Assembly (NCBI RefSeq): GCF_018977255.1 | Contig: NW_024704742.1 | Coordinates: forward strand, 100,938,001-101,002,000 | Source: Callorhinchus milii | Lineage: Eukaryota | DNA: 64,000 nt | Reading direction: 5' to 3' | Shown: in pieces, positions 38,450 through 50,834 of the stretch | Position numbering within the stretch: position 1 is the first letter of the stretch | How the letters are laid out: the number at the start of each line of letters is the position of its first letter | Notes under the pieces: model-generated | Told to the model about the DNA's origin: nothing | What the model saw: the letters and a program-made list of their open reading frames with translations, nothing else | Databases searched by the model: none | Position numbers and translations under genes: made by a program

Positions 38450-39052
38450 TGTAAGCTGCCAAAGCTGCAAAATGGAAAACCATCAAGATGAAAACCATTG
38501 AGTCGAATGACCTCAGGACATGCATAGACCAACTTGCAAGGAAAAGACAATGTCTAACACCAACTTGCTATAACAAAAGGCTAGGCGTTAACTCGATCAA
38601 ACACAATGAACTGACTGAAACTGGACTCAAGAAATGCATCAAACACCATGAACTGACTAAAACTGGATTCAGGACACTTCGAGTCCAGGGCAAAAAAAAC
38701 AAGTTCTTGTATGGTCAATAAAAGACTCAAAAATAATTAGTGGAGGATGGAAGGTAAAAGGGGCTACAAAAACTTGAGTGAGCAGCGGCAGGGGAGAGAT
38801 CGTGGCTGTGGCAGAGGAGCGACCTACCTAAGCTAAGAACTACAAGCAACATCAATAAGTGGTTACTCGTATATTCAGGTCTTTCAGGTTAAGAATCTTG
38901 ATTGAACCGAGCCCTGAATCATCTTCCGTGTTCTATAACTGTTGTAACCATCATTTTGGTAAGCAATAAATGATATCTGGTTTACTGTATTTTGTCTCTG
39001 ATCAAATACCTTACCTCAGGGTGAACAATTGGAACGGGTTGACGGATAAACA
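38450..39052 (+). mobile_element. Probable solo LTR (~600 bp)
   Basis: TGTAAG...AAACA termini; internal ~42-bp tandem duplication (AAACACAATGAACTGACTGAAACTGGACTCA); AATAAA near 38966 followed by a GT-rich tract. No clean TSD. Confidence 0.6.
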
Positions 39053-39139
39053 CCATCGGCATAAAACTCTGCATTAGACCATAGCAAAAGACTTTCCCAA
39101 TTGAACAGACACAATTCAATGCATGCTTTACTTGTATCC

Positions 39140-39450
39140 TCTGTGGTATTAGTTTTAATATAATTAGGTTTTAAGTCCCATGTTGGGATCTCAACTCATA
39201 GTCTAGGGGTGACATTCAAAAGCACTACTGGGGAGAACTGCACTATTGGAGTTCATTAAATTGAGATCCTGTCTGTGTGTTTAGGTGGATGTCAAATATC
39301 CTATAATGCAATACAAAAAGACAAACTTTTTTTGTGTGGTGTCTCTTTGCCAACAATTCTTCAGATTAATTGTTAATTCTCCTTGTGGCTGTTTGTGAAA
39401 TCTTTGATGCAGTAAATGACTCCTGAGTTTGCCACAAAAACAGTCACTAC
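39140..39450 (+). mobile_element. Old Deu/SacSINE1-like SINE
   Basis: AGGTTTTAAGTCCCA...TGACATTC...TTAGGTGGATGTCAAA...GCTGTTTGTG. Confidence 0.6.
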
Positions 39451-41151
39451 ACAAACATCACAAGAAAGGTTCTGATGATAAATTCTTTTTGGCTACTTAA
39501 TCTAATTTTTCCATAATTACTGTTTTCCTATTGCAGCATTGATCTGTGACTTAAATAAGCTCAGCCTCCTTGCCTCTACCACCTTTTCTAGGAACCTGAT
39601 TACCCTCTGAAGAAATATTTCCTGGTGTGTGTCCTAAAATTGCACCTCACAACCATGAACCTATTAATTCTTGTCCCACTGTCTTGGCATGTTTGAAAGT
39701 ATTTTTCTTAGTTTATTTTCTTTGTCCCATTTATATATGCCAGTACTAACTTATTCTTCCTTATAATAAATTCTAATAATAATCCTTCCTTTTCTTTCCT
39801 TCCTCCTTTCCTTCATCCATTCTTTTTTACTGGACTGTCAGGAAATACTGTATATTTAAGAGAAGACTTGATGCATACATGGGGGAAAAGGGAAGAAAAG
39901 GGCATAAAAGAAGGGTGGGGGCTTGTGTGGAGTATAAACACTAACATGAACTACTTGGGCTGAATGATCACACAGTTACTCTATGTAACCGGATCAATGT
40001 TTCAATGTTACCATTAGTGAATGTAACTGGAGGCACAGTAAAAGCACAACATGAGTGAGAGAATAATTATTCATGTAATAATAATCATCCTTGCATTTGA
40101 TATAACGCCTTATCACGCTATTGAGATGTCTCAAAGCATTTTAGGATATGTTGTAAAGTATAGTGACTATATAAACTACTGTAATAGTAGGGAAAAGAAC
40201 ATTCACAAGGTGGAGTGATTATAGATGCAGAACAAGCTACCGCTCATCTTTAATCTCCTTTTACATTTACCCGATGTTTACCATTCCTGTCTATGAGGTA
40301 TAGCCCTTTTTATTATATTTATTATATTCAGCTCTTTCTGACATTAACATATCAGAAAGCTGGCACCATTACTAATCTCTATAGACAGACATGCAATCAT
40401 TTGATCAAAAGAAACAGGCTTTTACTCAGAATAAGCTCCTGCGGTGACTTCCCTTAAAGTGACAGTTTTTTTTATTTAAGGGCTAGTGTTTATGTTCCAC
40501 GTGAGACCCACAATGTATAACTTCTGTTATTTTCTCCCTTTAGTGTATATTTCAATTTGTCACACAAGATATTAAAGAATAATTTTAATTGTCTTTAATA
40601 ATCCATATTTAAAATAATGTATCAAGCAGTAGAAATTACTCTGTTTAATTAAGAGATATGTGCACTTAGTGAAGTACAGATGTCACATAAAATTACATTG
40701 AACTTTACAGCACAGAATCAGGCCAACTAGTCTGTAATAGTGTTGATATTCCTTGGGAGCCTCTATACCTCCAATTACCATCTCCTATATCCTTCTATTC
40801 CCTTCTCACTAATCTGCTAATGGCTATTATATGTATGTACCCTTGTTTTGGTTTCACCATCCTAGCAAATCTAAGACTGATTCAATCCAATGTTACAATA
40901 TTCCTCCTGTTATCAGCAACACAGAACTATTAGAGAGAAATTTCACCTAGATCTGGATTTATTCTATTCACATAACATTTCAAGACATCCAGAATTTGGT
41001 AAGTTGTGGAATTTAGTCTTAACTGTGAAGTTAATTTTCTGTAGCTCTTAAAGGCTTCAAAATTAAGTTTGTATTAAGAATTTGCCCAATTGTGGATGCT
41101 CTGTCAGGTTAGAGGGCAACCATGGGGATCACAACATAGCCATAATCCTCT

Positions 41152-41697
41152 AGTTCTGTGGTTAGAGCACTCGCCTCGCAAGCGAGAGACCTGGGTTCAA
41201 TTCCCGGCAGGGAGAAACGTTGCGCAAGTTTCCTTACTCCACACGCCTCTGTTTATCTAGCTGTAAGTCAATTGGCGGATGGCTTTTCCGGGGGTAATAA
41301 TTCCTTCTAAATAAATAAATAAGTTGGTCACTCAATCCACGACTGTTTGTGGGACTCTGCTGTGAGTAATTGGTTGCCGCGTTTCATCCATAACATATAC
41401 AGTCAATTCACTTTACAGTATAAACAAAACGCAAAATACTGCAGATGCTGGAAATCTGAAAACCCAATATCCCCTGTCCTCTACCCCATTTTCTCCTTTG
41501 TCTTCCTAGGCCTACCTCCCCCCTCTCTGTTAGCCCTTAAAAGCCTCTCCCTCCCAACATGCCCCCAGTTCTGACGAAGCGTCATGGACCCAAAACTTGA
41601 CTCACTTTCCTTTCTCCATAGATGCTGCCTGACCTGCTGAGTGTTCCCGGTGACTTCTGTTTTGTTTTCACTTTACAGTATATTCTGTGAAGTGCTC
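41152..41697 (+). mobile_element. tRNA-Ala SINE, long subtype, hosting a PLE insertion
   Basis: GTTAGAGCACTCGCCTCGCAAGCGAGAGACCTGGGTTCAATTCCCGGCAGGG head, long central segment; interrupted at 41423-41666; 3' tail missing. Confidence 0.9.
41423..41666 (+). mobile_element. Penelope-like insert with a hammerhead motif (GAAA mutated to AAAA)
   Basis: Perfect 16-bp duplication TTCACTTTACAGTATA at 41407-41422 and 41667-41682; AAATACTGCAGATGCTGGAAATCTGAA inverted tail; CAGTT-CTGACGA-AGCGTCATGGACCC-AAAAC-TTGACT at 41566-41602. Confidence 0.8.
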
Positions 41698-41844
41698 TCT
41701 GCAATACTGAACAGTGAGGTCAAGAATTATCTTAAGGAAATCAAAGTGAATAGTTTTAGGAACTGTAAATGGATTTTAATGTGGCCAAATGCTAGGTAAT
41801 GTGCATTGCAACAGAAAACACAAATCATATACTGTACACAAAGG

Positions 41845-42164
41845 ATAATAATAATAATAATCCTTGCATTTGATATAGCGCTTTTCACGTTGGGAGGATG
41901 TCCCAAAGTGCTTCACAGAACACACTGTAAAGTGAATTGACTGTATACTTGTGGGCGAACGTGGCAGCCAATTGTGCACAGCAATGTCCCACAAACAGTC
42001 GTAGATTGAAAATGACCAATTTAATTATCGTTTTTGGTTTTTGGAGGGATTATTATCAGGCGTTTGGAGTAAGGAAACTTGCCCAAGGTTTCGTCCTGCC
42101 TGGAATTGAACTCAGGTCTCTCACTTGCAAAGCGAGTGCTCTAACCACTGAGCTACAGGACTCC
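41845..42164 (-). mobile_element. tRNA-Ala SINE, short subtype, full length
   Basis: Reverse complement matches 717-1044 and 8859-9179 throughout. Confidence 0.95.
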
Positions 42165-43899
42165 ATAAGGATGGATTTTCATTAGCTAAAATAGAAAATA
42201 ATTTGAGTATATTTATTGATCATACACTGAAAGCATCTAATCAATCTCAAGTGACTGTCAACAAGCTGTCAATAATATACTATAATGCCTCTCAAGGACA
42301 TTTGATTAGAAGTCAAAACGATATATTTTAACACTGTAACTGGGTGTAAAATCTATATGTGAATTCTATAGATTTGGGCACTCTATCATTAAAAGGAAGT
42401 TTTAGGAGAAGAGTAGGAAAGATGCACCAATAATGGCAAGTTTATGGCAAGGAAGTTAGTTACAACAAAAAGCAATTCTAGTTGCATGTGGAAAGTATAA
42501 TTGTCAAATAACGAAAATTAAGACAATAAAACAATAAAACTGAAAAGACAAGAAAAAATCTTGTTTGTGCCAACCATAACCAATGGTAACCTAGAATATT
42601 TCTATGCTATGGCATCAGACTGCAACCAGCATGTGAGGGTCACCTTCTGGTTGGTTCAAGTCATTAGATGCTACATTTCCATGCAGTCAGCTGAATGTAG
42701 CTTCCTGGAATGGGATTATTAGTGACTTTGTGTCCTGGCATAAATAAACAAATGCAGTCACAGTACTCAACAGTGCAAATGAACAAGAAACTCAGGATTG
42801 GGTTAGTCAGAAGTTCACGGTTGGGTTAGTTGGCCTGCTTTCTGCACACAAATGGATGCTGAGTAAAGGAGCAGTGAAAAGGGGAGGCATTGTTGAAGAG
42901 GTGGTTTACCTAGTTTCATTGGATGTCTGGTTGAAATCAAATCTGGTTCTGAAGGAGAGAAATGAAGATTATCTTGAGCTGGCAGAGATCACTAGACTTG
43001 ACTTATCAATCTCATGTTTTTTTTCCATAGAAGGCATCTCAAGAGCTGAACAAAATTGCTGAGATGTGTTTGGTGAGATTCAAAACCAAGCTTGAAGTTT
43101 TCCTGAAGGTTGTTCAGAGCAAGTGTCTGACAGCCCTTCTGTTCTTGAGCCAGCATTTTGAGACTTCAGGACATTTTTTGAGCACCTTGGGTCGTCCTTC
43201 TGTCGTGAAAGGTGGTATACAAATGTAGTTTTATATTGTACTTTGGAGACTGTGGGGAGGACTAGAGTCAGGTCTGCCAACTGTTTTTCAGCTGGATATC
43301 CAGCAGACATGCAACATTTTGTCAGGAAACAGAGTGAACTGTGAAGTAATAAAAAGGATGTGCACTGCAATTTTAAATTAAACTGAAGCAATCAATGTTT
43401 TTTATGATGTAAGGTGCTTGAGCCTTAAATTGCATTTGGGAATTGGAATTTTTTGTAGGAGAAAGAGAGCCTTCTTATTCTTCATCTGTTGGAATGAAAT
43501 AACATATAAATTATCTTTACACTGGAGTAAATGTATTAAAAATTATTTGAGTTATGATGTTTGACTGCATAGTATTAATGTTTGCAACAGCAGCAACATT
43601 TTAGGCGTTTTCTGACAACTCGCTGAGAAAATAGTCACACAAAATATATCAAAACTGTACTGATAAGTAAAATTGTCAACCCTCACAAGTAGCAAAATAG
43701 TTGTTGCAATATAATTTTCTTTTTTTGATCATGCTGAAATTATATTGCATGTACATTTTTAGATTGAGCTGTACAATTTTTTTGTTAACAAGATGCAACT
43801 TAGCTAATGATAAGCATTAGAATTAATGACAGAATGATTTGTTTATTATATTTTTAAATTGCTTTTTATTTTCACAATACAAGTTGGGACCTGATCCTT

Positions 43900-44262
43900 G
43901 TTGACGAGGAAGAAATGGATGCTTTAGCATGGGCATAATGACAGTGTTGCTTCTTCCCTTGATTTGTGTGGAGTTGTACAAAAGAAATCCCTCAGACAGT
44001 TCAATTTTCCTCAAGACTGATGAAAGCTGCCTCAAGGGGAGGCACAAGTGCGATATTAGTCAAAGCGGAGATCAGACAAGAGAGACTTTCTCTCTTGAGA
44101 ATCCAAAGCTCCAATCATCTAGCTATAGGGCAACAATCTTTTTCAAAACCTCTTTTTATTGAAAGATTCCAAAACATCAATTCATCTCCTGCATTGTGCA
44201 CATAGAGATACTCTGAAATGATTAAATCAAATGGGCTTCTTCATCCAAACCTCTCTTGTAGT
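43900..44262 (+). mobile_element. Degraded CR1 3' fragment
   Basis: CAAGGGGAGGCACAAGTGCGATATTAG...CTTTCTCTC and 3' UTR ATGGGCTTCTTCATCCAAAC. Confidence 0.5.
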
Positions 44263-45029
44263 CTATAATACCTACAATGGCGTGCAATATGGGAGCTATG
44301 TAAACCATATGGAATAGACATGTACAGAGGGGTGCCCTGAATTATGCAATGAACAATCAGGAAAAAGAGATTAGGTTAACAAATCAAATAAAAACAAAAG
44401 ATGACCAATGGCTTAAGCTAAGGTACTTGTTGGAATCCAATGTATGCTGAGGACTAAATACTGCACTGCAAAATGATCTTTATAATGGGAAATCCAATTG
44501 AAGCACACACAGGAATTGGAAAATAAATGTTTACGCTTTAAATTGACTACATAGATAATTAATTATGTAGTCCCAAGATTGCTTTCAAAATCCTTCTGCT
44601 TAATTTGACTGCAACTACAATGAAGGGCTGTTCCTTAGGTCCATTTGAAAAAAATTACAGATTCCCTCTTGGATTAAGCCTGATTCGAACAAATTATTAA
44701 TAAACTGTAAACTTGTATCAAATGTCAAATGTTCAGGTGAACTTTAAACCCTGTAAATTTAAGAAGAAAATTGAGTTGCTGCTGATGTTGTGCCAACCTC
44801 TCCACACCCCCGCCCCCCCACTCCCAAATTGACTGCTGCATGTGCCTACAAATATACAGCCATTACACTCTACAGTAAATCCTGTGAAATGCCTTGAAAA
44901 TGTCCTCCTGACATGAAAGAAGCTTTCTAAACTGCAAGGGTTATAAGGATTATTATAACATGGCACCTTTTCCCACCACATCCAAAAACATACAATATTT
45001 TACGGTATCCACTTTCTCTTTCTCTGGAA

Positions 45030-45465
45030 AATACTCCCTTCCTGGAGGGATATATCCTGCTTACCTAATTCCAGAGAGTATTAGGCGCAGGCTACCAAGA
45101 GTCAGAGTGTGCATTGGGGTACTGCTGGATTCTAACAGTTAAAGCTGCATAGCTTGACATTGGGAGCACTGTCAAGCAAGCTTTTCCACTGCTTGACTGG
45201 CCAGCTAAGATCACACTACCTATTATGACTTTGACTTGCAGGGTTAACAGGAGTTGAGTGGGAAGAATCCCTGCCTGGTCTGACCCTCCAAATCCTATTG
45301 ATGAGCCGAGTTGACAGGGCTATCATCAGCATGACCTGGAGCCCAGGATTAGTACAGATTTAATTTGCTCGGAAACAGAACTGCTGAGACCACCACAGAG
45401 GATTGATGTAATTCTGATAATGCATTGCCAAGCATGTCACCATGAAGCCATTTCAGTTTCAAGAA
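45030..45465 (+). repeat. Family X copy
   Basis: CCTGCTTACCTAATTCCAGAGAGTATTAGG and GGGTTAACAGGAGTTGAGTGGGAAGAATCCCTG; colinear with 60460-60855. Confidence 0.8.
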
Positions 45466-47079
45466 GATTCCACTTACCTCCCACCCAGGAAGATAAGCAG
45501 TGGCACAAATATGAGAGCTGAATGGCCTCTTTCTTTGCTGAAAATGTATTTGTTTCATTGAACAAAGACCCTTATGCCACTTGAACAGTTTTATCATTCC
45601 ATAACACTGGTTTTGCTAAAACCTCAATGTGATGTTATGCGTTTACATCACAGTTGCGTCTGTGAAGCGTTTCAGAACGTTTATACCTGGTGAAAGATGC
45701 TTATTGCAGTGTATGTGTTCTCGGAAAAAGGAGGATCAAGACTGCAGGTAAACAAATTTAGAAAAGGAAAGGGATGTACAGCAGAGGAGAAACAGGCAAT
45801 AAAAGGAGTGTTGGAGTTGGTTTAACAATAAAAGCAAACAAAGTAAGAGCACATACGAAAATTAAGACATGGGCTAGAGCAGCCAACCGAACAATTGGAA
45901 GATGTGTGGTCAGCACATTTGTAATAGAAACACTCAGATATATTGTACAGTAAAACACAAAAGTAGCAAGTATGAGGCTGAGTAGAGATTTCTTGTTCAA
46001 TTTAATTTAATTGGGGCCTGAAGAGAGATCAGCTAATGGAGACAGTTAATAATTCAATTGAGGGTGGATGCAATGAGCCTATAAAATGAATTGCATTTCT
46101 AGAAAAAGTGCTATTACAGATAGCAGCATTTACGTATTTATAAATTGTGGTATATATAAATGCATCACTTCTCTACTGACCATGTACATTCAGAATTTTA
46201 ATAAATGGCCAACTATGGCAAAGAGCATGGATGCTTCTGTATTTGCCGTTATCTCTATTATGACAGGAATCGCCTGAAGTATAAATCATGTTCAATCGGG
46301 AAATAGGAGTTAGCTTATTTTGTGCAAAGAAAAAAAATGATCATATTCACAGAAAATAAATAAATGCAGATGGCCAGCCATTGTACATTGTTCCCAATTG
46401 GTGCCATTAACATCTACATGTTTAGCAGTAATGCTAAAGTCAGGAATATTGGAAACTTTTATTTATGAGAAAAGAGCACTGTTAATTTCAAGCTTACTGA
46501 AGTGAACAGATCCTCAGCAATTTTTTCTTGCAGTTACATGCTCAGAAAGAGATCCTACCTTTTCTTTCCAAATAAAAAGAAATATCAATGCAAATAAGTG
46601 TGTCTAGAAGGGAAAGATTTATAGCTTCTGTTCCTGAGCCTGACCGTGATTTCTGTAATAAAATAAACATTAAAAATCTTAGGGAGTGATATTCTGCAAG
46701 TGATAAAGTTGCGTGGGGAGCTCTTGTGGACTGTAACAGTACAGGGAGCGCAATGTGGATTGGACTCGTGACAGCAGTCACTAATGAGGCACCTGCAATG
46801 AAGCATTTTTAATACAATTCGTACCATAAATGAACCAATTAAGCTCTTAAATAGGTCCACTGCTGATTTTTGCCCTGTATAGAGCAGGAATGTTTAGTGC
46901 AATGGTGGAGAACTACAGTTAAAAAGCATATTTTTCCCAGCAAGCCCAGCATATTGTAATGAGAGTCCTGGATCAGTCGAGGATATTTCTGGTGCACCTT
47001 CCCTGGGTGAGGTCACCTCCTAAGTCAATGTAGCCTCAGAAACTTTGGCTCTGTACCCTGTAAAGTTGGTAAATTCTGA

Positions 47080-48050
47080 AAGACTTATTAACCCTGGAAA
47101 GCGATACACCAATCGAATAGCAACCAGGTTCCTACCTCCTGCTAGGTAAACAAAGGTGTGTAGAATAAAGAAACTTTCCCAATGTTTCGCCTTGCTGGGC
47201 TGTGGGGGCTTGTACCAACGATCTTCTGACTCACAGGCAAGAGTGCTATTGACTGAGTCAGGCTGACACTTAATGTGTGTTGAGGGTATACCCGGATGTT
47301 GTGGAGATGGAAGAAAGCCGACTTCTGGATGAGATGTTAGATCAAGGTGTTGTTTGCCTGCTCAGGTGGATGCTGAAGATCTCATGGTACTACTCGAAAA
47401 GAGAAGGGAGTTTCTCCTGGTATCCTGGCCAACAATCCCCCAAATATATAAATTGGTCATTTGTTTCATAGCTGTTTGTGGGACACTAATGTGCACAACT
47501 GTGCTGTTGTGTTCTCTTACAAATACAGTCACTTTACTTCACAGTAAATCCTGTAAAGCACTTTTAGAAATCTCCAACATGAAAGCGCTATACTAAATGC
47601 AAGAATGAGTACTCATTTTGGTCAGAGCCCAGAAGAAAGGTTTTTGTTTGAAGCAGATTTGTGAGTTAAAATAAACACCAAAGTTATGTACAGGCTCCAT
47701 GACTGAAAGTGAGCAACCTAATCAAAATAGTCAGTGCCTTGGGTGAAGAGACATTGATAGGAGTTGAGCAGGATAGCCTAGGTTTTATTGATGTTGAGTT
47801 GGAGAATATTATGGTTCATTCAGGACAGGCAGTCTGTGCTAACTATAGTGTTCCTGTAGGTCAGGGTGAAATAATAATAATAATCCTTGCATTTGATATA
47901 GCACTTTTCACATCTTCTAGACGTCTCAAAGCGCTTCACAGTGACTATAAAGTGAATTGACTGTAAATTTGTGGGCGAAATGCAGCAGCCAATTGTGCAC
48001 AGCAGTGTTCCACAAACAGTCACGGATTGAAATGACCAATTTATTATTAT
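47080..48050. mobile_element. Cluster of SINE fragments (long-subtype body, Deu-SINE pieces, SINE 3' half at 47871-48050 on minus) with a short L2 remnant
   Basis: Recognisable SINE body and tail motifs on both strands. Confidence 0.7.
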
Positions 48051-48055
48051 TTATA

Positions 48056-48093
48056 AATATATATATATATATATATAGAATATATATAGATAT
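48056..48093. repeat. (TA)n microsatellite
   Basis: Directly visible TA-repeat run with a few interruptions. Confidence 0.9.
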
Positions 48094-50569
48094 AGCTATC
48101 TACATGTGTTTTTGAGTCATACAAACTATGGATGAAGATAGCAAAATGTTTTTAACAGCACAGTAGGCACCATTCTTGCCTCTGATTTCAAAGTTTTTGA
48201 GCTGAAAGGACTTGGAGCTCATAATAATAGTCTGGGCTTACACTCCAATGCACTGTTGTGGAATGCTACATTTTGGGAGATGTCGTACTTTGGATTTTAA
48301 ACCCAGGTTCCTTCTGCTTGTTCAACTGAACAGTAAAGATCCCATTGCACTATTTTAAAACGATAAGGGAGTTTTTCTCAGTGTCCTGTAAGGCAATTAT
48401 CTAGTAAACATTGAATCATTCAGTTCATGCCTAGTAATGGCTCTTTGCTGGGCATAAATTGATTGCCGTGTTTGCCTGTAAATACACAATATTAATTAAA
48501 AATATTAATGATAAAAACTCTGTGAAGCTATTTACTTTGGACATTTTGATGTGATAAGATGCAAAGATTATTATTGATTAATAATTCAAAGAATACTAGA
48601 ACTCCCAAAAACATGTTTATGATACGCCCCTTGTATAAAATCTCAGTTTGATCTACTAGAGTTTATGATTTAGATTTTTATTGAATTTAGGATGCTCCTC
48701 CTCCTGGATTCATATGACCATAAACGTTGTTCCTATTCTTGATATTCACCCTGTGTCCCGACCTCCAGTAAATTGATCATTCACCTGCTGACTGTGGGTC
48801 ATTACTGTGCATACATTGGCTCCTGTGTCCTACAAATACACAGTCTTTATATCTACCAGTGATTACTGGTTTACAGTGCTTTGAGATTTTTTGACATAAG
48901 ATGCTATATCAAATGCAAGGATTCATTACTATTTTATGACCAAATATCAGTCATTGAGAGTGAACCATAATTGATTAAAATTCTCTATCATATATTCAAG
49001 ATTTAGCTGAGTTTAACTTGCTACTTCTTATTACATGAAACACAGACATTTAGCTGTGATGACCAAGAATGTCAAAGGAATATAATTAATCATCTTTGTA
49101 TTTTTTTATGATACATTAGATCTGCACTGAAATTTTAAAAAAAAATATGGACCTGAAGAGTCACAAATTATTTTGATTACATCCTGGGAACCAAAGTTGT
49201 TTAATCTAGTTCTCTGAAAATCTGGGAGAGTGAACTATGTTTATAGCAGAGCTTAAAGTGATTACTATTTGATTTTAAATGGATGGCCATTTTACACCAT
49301 TTATTGCAGGTGCCACTTGAAGCAGCTCTTGCTTTACCTTGTCAGAGCACTTTCATGTCATCTTTTTATCAGCTAGCTACCAATAATGAAGATTAGTTAA
49401 CACCGATGTTCAACCTTCTCTATTTGTTAATTCACTCTGGTAAACTTTGAGTGTGCAAAGTATCGAAAATTAGACTTTTCTTTCCTTCACAGTTTCTAAT
49501 TGAAGGCAATGCCTACACCTTTACTCTTCACTGTGACCTACTTTTACCAGCAATTCTGCTGATGCAGTTATTGATGCAGCACTTTCCAATACATTAAAAG
49601 CTACTTTACTGCTGACCCAACCATCTTTGCACAGATCAGAATTATTAATGGGCATTTTCTGCTTCGTCCAGGTCCTTAAATGATTCTCAATGAAATGGTA
49701 TTTTCTGATATTCTCTGTCAATTTCTCAAACTGGGATTTAATGGCAGCGATAAACGGAATTTTTAGAATACCAAATGTACTGAAAGAATGCATTCTTCAG
49801 CACATTTAATGTTTTAGAAATTCAATACTGACGCATTTCTTGTTTAAAAATTTGCTATGAAATATCATAAATTAGCCCGTGATGACTGCTAATCTATCTG
49901 TTTGGCTTCTGCCAGGTAAAACAGATAATATTCAATTTGGAATTTTTTTTCATTACACATCAAAATAATTACAGGAAACCACAGGCTTGTAATTTTCTTC
50001 TCCTTTTTGTGGAGCCGGAATGTGAAGAAGTGTGAATAGTGCTGTTATGGCTCTGGAGACCAGAGATCAGACTCACTGGTTCTCTCTTCTTATTTCTGGA
50101 TAAATGTACCTATGTTTCTCTTCCAATCCCAGATGCATTTTTTTTCTTTTCTAAACCTCTATCAGTGTCTGACTGAGCTCCCAGGAATAGGATGATGCCC
50201 ACCACTGTGAACAATTTGCAGTAAAATTTGATCTTCTTTGTGCTGCTCTGTGAAAAATCCATTTCAAATTACTGGAACGCTTTTTTTTGTACGAGCTGTG
50301 AGTTTTGTGACCAGTATTTCAATCGTGTCACATGAAGTATTTGATAAAGAATAAATCTAATCCTGCCTTTCAAGCGGTTTATTCAATTTGGAATCCACAA
50401 AACAACAGTGGAATACAAGTCACACTTGATGCTTTTCTTGAGTGATGTAATAATTATGGTGAAAAGAAATCTGCCAGATCTTAAGAAGCTTTCCTTAAAA
50501 AAAAATCCCCTCCATCCCTTAAGATACAAATGCATATTGGGGAACATTTCTACAAGTACCAGTTGCTTT

Positions 50570-50815
50570 CAGCACCTGTCAGCCAAGTGTGCTCTGCACG
50601 TGGGAGCTGACATTGTGATTGTCGACAGGCTATTTAGTTGTGGGGCGTATCGCAGCCGGGTTTGATCCTATCCTACACTGATATTCCTACATATGTATTT
50701 TCCCCTAAGGGTTGCAAGAAGGTTGTCAACAGCAGATTCCCCTGGCTGATTTTTCCTTTTTCCTGGCAAAATGCACCAATGTCAGTCATAGCAGTTCATT
50801 GACACCCGAGTTGAG
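50570..50815 (-). mobile_element. Ancient SINE-like repeat (possibly UCON3-related)
   Basis: GTCGACAGGCTATTT...TGATCCTATCCT...CCCTGGCTGATTTTTCC; related pieces at ~7285-7430, 53620-53720 and 55790-55865. The family name is from memory only. Confidence 0.45.
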
Positions 50816-50834
50816 GCAGAATCTTAGAAAGTTT

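Noticed and set aside
38598..38675. Short direct repeats (also ~26919-26995) as a CRISPR-like array
   Set aside because: Only two units, no unique spacer series, eukaryotic context; these are tandem duplications inside LTRs.
49476..49600. Strong plus-strand acceptor TTTTCTTTCCTTCACAG
   Set aside because: All three downstream frames hit a stop within about 35 codons; a terminal or non-coding exon cannot be supported from sequence alone.
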